Shown one piece after another: positions 53,135-60,000 of a stretch of 60,000 bases of DNA. Within the stretch, counting starts at the first letter, position 1. Every line of letters begins with the position of its first letter. The stretch is from Amphiscolops sp. MND2022. Its lineage: Eukaryota. Under the pieces are notes generated by a model that was not told where the DNA came from, searched no databases, and saw only the letters and a list, made by a program, of their open reading frames with translations. The position numbers were made by a program, and so were the translations under genes. The DNA lies in assembly GCA_964187785.1 (NCBI GenBank), contig OZ076409.1, positions 32,490,001-32,550,000 on the forward strand, written 5' to 3'.

Positions 53135-56100
53135 TCATGGAAGGACCGAAGACAACCTCCTTCTTCCCTTTACCTGGCGAGGACTTGCGGAACGACTATT
53201 GGAAGGAGAATTGGACCGCGAACCAGACCGGCTTGAGGAAGCTGACTTTGACACTCGAACTATAGATTTATAGGTATCATGGAGATTCTTGTGAAAGTCT
53301 GCCCTTCCAAAAGTATCAACATGGACCCAAGGGTCACCTGCCACGTTCCCAGAATTAAACTGTTATTCCACCTCTCGATATTGTCAAAGAATCATCATTG
53401 GTGCAAACTGAAATGGCGTCTGGGACCCGTACCAAATAGGATTGAGCTGGCAGTAACACATCTCCCAGTCTACACCTGGGACTCTGCGTATCAACATCTT
53501 GAAAGCGTATCGGATGGAGCAAGGGGGTATCTTCAGTTAAACACAAACAGCACAGTCGATACAAACGAAATAGGTGGGGGCGACTGCGGGGTTCGGACAT
53601 TCCAGACAACAGCTCCACCATGTCCAAAAAAAACATCATGCGAGTCTTTCAAAGAGGCATGCTTCTGTCGAAACTAGTCTATATATTCTAAGTACTCGTC
53701 CCGGCAATCATCTTCGGTAGATCCCTCAAGCCATCCTCGGAGGATGAAACTAATGTATAGCGCAACGAAGCAATGCGTTGCCTGCTCCTGCGGTAAACTC
53801 AAGAGGATATGGGAATCAAAGCTAGCCATACCTCTGACAATCTCGGCGTTTTTGCTGTGGTGACCTAGCAATTTCTTGAGCAAAAACACGAGGTAACCTC
53901 TCGCCTTGCTGACGAATCTCTCCTTGCAATCTTCGACGAGCTTGGCAATGTTGGGTATTGGACCCGCCTTGTCGCTGTGGTCACGCTTGACCTTAACAGT
54001 GGCAGCTTTGTCCAGCCAATGAAGGAAATCTCTGGAGGAAAGCTGGCGTAGCTCTGCAGTTCGTAGAACAGGAAGCTGTGTCCAGTCAGTATCCTTGGGC
54101 AGTATCCAGTCGGTATGCTTCGGGAGGAGAGAACAGTAACAGAGCTTCCGAATGAAATTGTTCAACTGCCCATAAGTAAAAAGCCCAGCGTCCTTGTGGC
54201 CAACCACACTTCTCTCGAAACAACGATTATCTAAGCAGAGAAACATCATCCATAAGAACAATCCTATGCTTGTCCCGGTTCCATGAAGAAGCAACTAATG
54301 GACACTAGTAAAATAAGAATCTTCTGAATTGAAAGCTATACTAACAATTATAAATGATCTTCCCGAAGAACTCTAATTTGACCTGGAAGAAATTGTCAGT
54401 AATTATCGTCCATTCCAGACTCTGTGGCTGAAAGGAAACAAAATTTGTCAATAGTGCTTGGACTTTGAGCTTGTGGAGGCATGGTGTATGGTTAAACCAA
54501 TCAATGGGACAAACTACAACCTTGTTTTTAATTCCTCGCATCTCGTAGCTCCTCCTGGTCTTGTCCTCCTGATTCTCCTGGTCATATGGTTCAGGAAGGA
54601 CTGTCAATTTGTAATAATTTCAGTGCAGATGACGGAAATGGACCGCATCCGTAGGTCACTGCTGATTATGGCCTAAAAGGACAAGGATTGCGTAATCATG
54701 ACAGATAAAATGAAACCAAGTTAACAATATCTCAACAGCTCAACCTTCGGTTGATTCTAGGCAATTAGACATCGAGGGCAGGTCAAGTCTGCTGCTGAGA
54801 AAACCAAGCAGGTACCTCAGTTGGGTGAAGAAGTCTACCCGTCCAAACACACTTCCCTCGAGTCGGCGCATGAGCTTGGGTAGAGACAGGGCATTGAACC
54901 GGAAATGGTATTCGACCCCCTTCTTGAATAAGCCAGACTGTTCAACTGCTTGTAGCACTTCTGATGTGCATCCCGAGATACAGACGATCTGTGGCAAAGC
55001 GGACAGGAAGGAAATGAGACGTGAGATCATCAATAGCTGACTGGGACCTGGTTCAGAGGACAGTGAGTGCTTGCATAACTTGACTTAACCAGGCTCTCAG
55101 CCTTCCAATACCTCAAAGACAGAATACACTGGCTACCGTGTGGCTCAAACTGTAAAGAGTACGCTCCACCAGCATTAATGATTGAGCAACGTCCTCCATC
55201 CCTCGTAGGAGAACTTGATGGAATATAGCCTAGAACAAATCAAAATCCTCAAAACTGCGACGAATGTGCACGTTAAACAAACAGGAAAGACCTATAATAT
55301 TCCCAACTTAACAACTAATGTCAACCCCGCAGCCCTGAATACTAAGGAAATGGAAGTACTTACTGTGAGTGTAATGGAACTCCAGTCGAGTTGGCGAAAC
55401 ACATCCTGATGATTGGTAAAAATCCCAAATTCTGCCCATAATCCTTCCAACAGGGTAGGGTTACCAAAATGGGGAATTTAAGGAAATTTGAGTCCCCAAT
55501 TTTATGTCTTCCGAATTGGTTAGTCCTCCCGCGTTCGCCATATAATCATCATAAAATGGGAATATGGGGCCAATATCCACTAAAGGGGCAGCAGCTTCAA
55601 ACAAAAGTCTCTCTCTTTCAAGTTCAAGGGCTGAAAGCAAATGTCCATCCCTCCCTCTGACTGCATGCACTGTAAGGTCAGTGATCTTGTCAGTTTTCCC
55701 AAGATGCTCAAACTGCAATCGCTGGTCCTTGCGTAGATGTGCTCCAGACGGATAATGCCGCACTATCTCCCTGGCTTCCTTGGAATAGGTCGACACGTTT
55801 GTCTTGCAGATTTGACAATAAAATTTGTGCTTGTTGTGGACGGGGTTTAAGGGGCCTGTTACAAATACTTTTGTCCACTGAATGCCCTTTAAATACGCAG
55901 ACTTCATAACTTTGCCGGGTCGGCCAACATACTTGCGTTTCTTCCTCGGGGGGGGGGGGGGGGGATGGCAAGCGGTGGGTCGTTTTTGGTGAGTCTCCGA
56001 TCGCGTGGAGCTCAAAGGCTGATAGTCCCCTTCGCGCGTCTAGATAGTCGCGCCTCGGATCATCGACTTCCTAAATTGCCTAGGAGTCTGCTTTCTGTCC

Positions 56101-56942
56101 CCGTCAACAGCATGCAGGACGAGGGAACGCATGACGCGGACCGATAATTTCACAGTTTCATCGGAAATAGTCTTGAGGACGGCATGAATTTGTGGCTCAC
56201 TGAACGAAACAGTGGTATGTCCTTTGGGAAGTGTAACTGGCTTGGATTGTGAGAAATGCTTCCTCAACACAGCTTGCCCATTAGCAGAGAATTGTTCAGG
56301 TAGTTTTGGCTCTTTGACTACAAGGCCAGTAGGGGTTTGTTTCACCCTGCTTTTATCATATCCGCCCGCATCTTCAGCTGCAAATAGTAAGTCACAATAA
56401 GTGATGGTCGACGTGGGCCTCTTCTGGATCCCTTCTGCTCCCATAATGTCATATAGTTCCTCAACTTCGCTAGTATCAGTGGTAAGATTATCTGTACTTC
56501 TGTCCCATGGCCCACTTTTGCTGCTGACCCCTCCTGATGTTTCCTGTAGCTGCTCACTAACTTGTAGATGTTCAGTCCTCTCCCGCTCGTGGAGTAGTGA
56601 CTCTGAGAATTTTGGTGACTCTATTGTGTCCCTCCCGGGTTTGGGGGCATTTTCCGGTGCAGGCAAAAAGAAGATATCCAAAGAAGGATCCATGGAAGCT
56701 AAGACACCAAGGGTGTGATCTGCGTAGGCGGCAAGGCTTTCCTCGGTGTTACCACTACTAGACGATTGATTCAAACAGGGCCGCAAACCTCCGGATAAAT
56801 TTCCAGATGTACTTTGAGTCGCTTGGACTATCTCCTGACTTTCGTCTGGTGGAAGAGGCACTTCAGTTGTTGGTTCTTTTGTTGACATGTCTAAACAGAA
56901 GGAGACAAAATCAAGCCGGAATCTTCCTAAATCAAAGTCCAT
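53135..56942 (-). pseudogene. Decayed multi-exon zinc-finger gene, possibly a hAT/ZNF862-like transposase
   Basis: Low-complexity N-terminus (300-aa ORF), NLS-like PRKKRKY, BED-like finger FYCQICK...RHY....HLRK, then further ORFs at 54740-55033, 53674-54294 and 53355-53639 (PHLFRLYRLCCLCL) separated by short GT-AG intron-like gaps and frameshifts. Confidence 0.5.
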
Positions 56943-58064
56943 TTACCGCATTGAAAAATTTTCGGGAAGTAGATTTTTTTAACTTGAGTTAACGCTTGAG
57001 TTATCGGAGAGGAAGTACGTGAATGAAACGAGAGCCCTGATCAAGCCACAGAATAATCCAAACTAATAGATGAAAAGAACATGAAACCAACTGACCTGTT
57101 CGAATTTCAATGCAAAAGAGACAGTTGGAAGTGATCGTGATGAAGGCTGGTGAAATAGTCCCAGATTCCAACCCTTTGATCGTTATTGGAGTGTTTTTCT
57201 GACAGGGAAGTCAGGAAGGTTGAAAGTTGGCTGAGAGTGGCCAATTGGGGACTAGATGTTGATCACTCGGAACGTTGCGAGAGAATTCACAGGTTTGAAG
57301 ATGGATGGACACCGAGTTCCAAAAGTGGACGGAAAGGAAGAATGCAAATAAATACAACACAAAGACTAGATGACTAACTATGGAATAAATACTGTGACAA
57401 GATGTCAAAAATGGAGTTCGTGGCTATACAGTTAGGTGTCAAATTTTTAGTTATGTGCAATTTACGTCATTATGTGGATAGAGTCTGCCAGCGATATCAA
57501 CATCATTTCATTTTATTTCGAAAACTTCGTTATTTTTTCAAATTATTTCATGGTTTTACAGTTATTTTATTTATTTTATTTAAAGGTCTTTTTCTATTAA
57601 TCATTATTTGGATCTACAGCCCTTGAAGGCCATTTTGAAGTGAGAAGAAATTTATAGCAATCCTATTGGCCATTCAAACTACAGCGAAACGTCATGGCCT
57701 TCAGCCATATCTTCACCCTCTTGAAACTCTCAAAAATGGCTGATGAGTGTTAATAAACACTTGAAGCGATGCTCTTGATTCGGAACTTTAGAAAGAGTTG
57801 ATGAGAGTCAACAAAGTTTTTGTCGGCATTATCAAAGCGGACTCAGTGGCTAGTTGGAAGTTTTCACGAAAGAAAATTTCGTTTTGAAAATTTATCCATC
57901 CGAAGAAACGCAAAACCCCGGGAAAATGAAACGAAGATCCCTCGAGTCGACAGAGGGGAAAGTTGTCATTCTCTCAGTTTCATTCTCAATGTTCAGCAAC
58001 TTTCCTCAGAATTAAAACTCTAAACTTAATAAAACCCCTCTCAAAATTGCAAAGAAAATAATTA

Positions 58065-58718
58065 TGGATAGATTCCTAGCAACTCATTTTGACCTAGAGT
58101 CCCCTGAATATCACCCATAAGATTTCCAAGGAGCGGCCCCGAGGGAGGGAGTAATCACTTTCCAGCGATGAGAATGAGACAATGGAGTGCATGAGCAGCG
58201 CATCAGTTGATGACTTTGACAGCCTGCCGGAATATGATGAGGTAGCCCTGCTGGCACAGTGTGTGGAGAGGCAAATGGAACTCCCAACCGTCTCTGAAAA
58301 AATCCCAGTGTCGACCAGTGCGAGTAAGCAATGAATAAGTCGAGCAGGTACTCCTAGGCTTCCTCACATCCAAGGCCCGATGTTTGACGCAGGGTACTTT
58401 GACCTGGGAATGCGAAGAAGCCCGGTGGCAAGAGCCTCACGCTTGAGGAACGACCACCCAATAAACATTTGAACTCAACTAGTTCCGATGGTAGACACAC
58501 CGATGTCGCCCCCCGCAGTTGACAAATGTCCGACCGGTGACTGGAGGGCTGTTGCGGGGTCTACGTCTAGTTCTAATCAAGTTGACCCGAGCACAATCCA
58601 CTTCAGACGCCCTATCGTCGATGATAATACATACATCACTGGCTGCACTAAGTGCCTTATTTGTGGAAAGTCAGTTGAGCAGATTCAAGATGAGGCAGTT
58701 ATTGACTACCTTCACTGA
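58065..58718 (+). pseudogene. Decayed ORF with a CxxC-x2-C cluster, divergent from the zinc-finger gene
   Basis: MDRFLATHFDLESPEYHPIRFP... through YITGCTKCLICGKSVEQIQDEAV, interrupted by stops and frameshifts. Confidence 0.35.
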
Positions 58719-59229
58719 TGGTTTTTAATGCTTGTTAATATAATCAAAGGCGCTATGTAGTAGTAAATTAGCCTTGTGAGGCCAAAAGATGTACTTTCAG
58801 CGCTTTTCTCCCGCATCCAATAATTAGATTTTGCAGTAGTGTTAAATGTTGAACCCCAGTAAAATGAATAGGTTATGTAGTAAAACATGAAATGTTAGCT
58901 CCCACGTGTACTGGTTAACGTTGCTTGTCCTAAAAGGGCATTTTGGTTGAACGTCATGATAACTGACTATATGCGACGTGAAGCCACCTTTGATGTGTAT
59001 GACGTTTTGAATGATGTAATACTGTTACTATATTTAGATATTGATAGGTATTATGTCATTGAATGTTTGAAGGACACGTAGTCCTATTTGCTATTTTTGT
59101 AGTATCTGACACATATATAGCCGGGACGACTGGTCACGGGGACACCATTTGATACTACATAGTGAAAGTTACTTGATAACAAAAACTTTGATTTACAAGC
59201 CAAAGATAATTCACTTCTTTCTCATGTAG

Positions 59230-59807
59230 TAGTTTCTTATGCCTTCCACAAGAAGACAAAAGGCAAAAGCTAGAAAGTCAAAAGAAATGGACACGATGTC
59301 TGACTTTAAAAAAATTGGACGTTATGTTTGGTGGCAATGATACCATTGCCAGTGAGAGAGAACTTTCAAACGTAATTGAGAACTCAGAAAATCATTGCGA
59401 CGATGAGTCTAATCTACAGTCTAGGGAAAATGGCTCTCATGTAAATGATGTTTGACACTTTGTCCACAAAAACACGATACCTAGACAGGATAGATTTAAA
59501 GAGACGATGGAAACTTTTACCGGTGAGATTGACATGAGGCTTTAACAGGAGATGGACTCAATGATGTCCATAATGAATGGCCAAATAAACAGGGCCATTG
59601 ACACTGCCATAGCTGAAAGAATAATACCCGAGATTCAGAATATGGTCAGTTCAATGTCATTTTCAGGCAGTCGGGACAATGGGGCCAGTTTGTCCCCTAA
59701 TAGTCAGGAAAATGCTGAAAAGAACAGCGGGTTTAAAACTAAAATTGCGAAGAAGGACTCAAGGTCTGCATGTGACTTGAGAGTCCCTAGGGACAGTAGT
59801 CCTTACA
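59230..59807 (+). mobile_element. Probable retroelement 5'/LTR-associated fragment with a decayed helical ORF
   Basis: MPSTRRQKAKARKSKEMDTMSDF...; MDSMMSIMNGQINRAIDTAIAERIIPEIQNMV. Ends at ...CCTTACA, an LTR-like CA end with no primer-binding site following. Confidence 0.4.
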
Positions 59808-60000
59808 CTACATTCATTGCTGATAAAAAGTCTTGAGAAACAGTTAAAGTTTCGAAGCACATCGACTGTTTGAACGTAGATTTAGAGATCTCAGCATGGC
59901 GCACTAGCGAGATTCATTTTTCAAACTACAACAAAAGTTCTATTATGACAATCGCGAACAACATTTATTTACCCTACTTATAAGATACTGGATTTGACGG

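Overview
This is repeat-rich, AT-rich eukaryotic DNA, probably from an invertebrate (inferred from spliceosomal introns and the transposon families; the species cannot be confirmed). Most of the window is decayed, nested mobile elements. The largest is a pseudogenised Polinton/Maverick virus-like transposon (~8.2-21.2 kb, minus strand) that still shows all six core genes: protein-primed PolB, integrase, packaging ATPase, minor capsid, major capsid and adenain-like protease. Its PolB has been rearranged into an A-B-A-B-A tandem array. There are also three decayed Gypsy/Ty3 LTR elements plus one fragment, several CCC...GGG-ended MITEs with 2-bp target-site duplications, a near-identical 1.4-kb tandem duplication and a spliced zinc-finger (hAT-like?) element. 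The only recognisable host gene is a probable first coding exon of an SLC7 cationic amino acid transporter (45200-45318), whose intron appears to run past the window end. No intact autonomous element, rRNA or CRISPR array was seen. Protein family calls are motif recognition by eye, not database searches.
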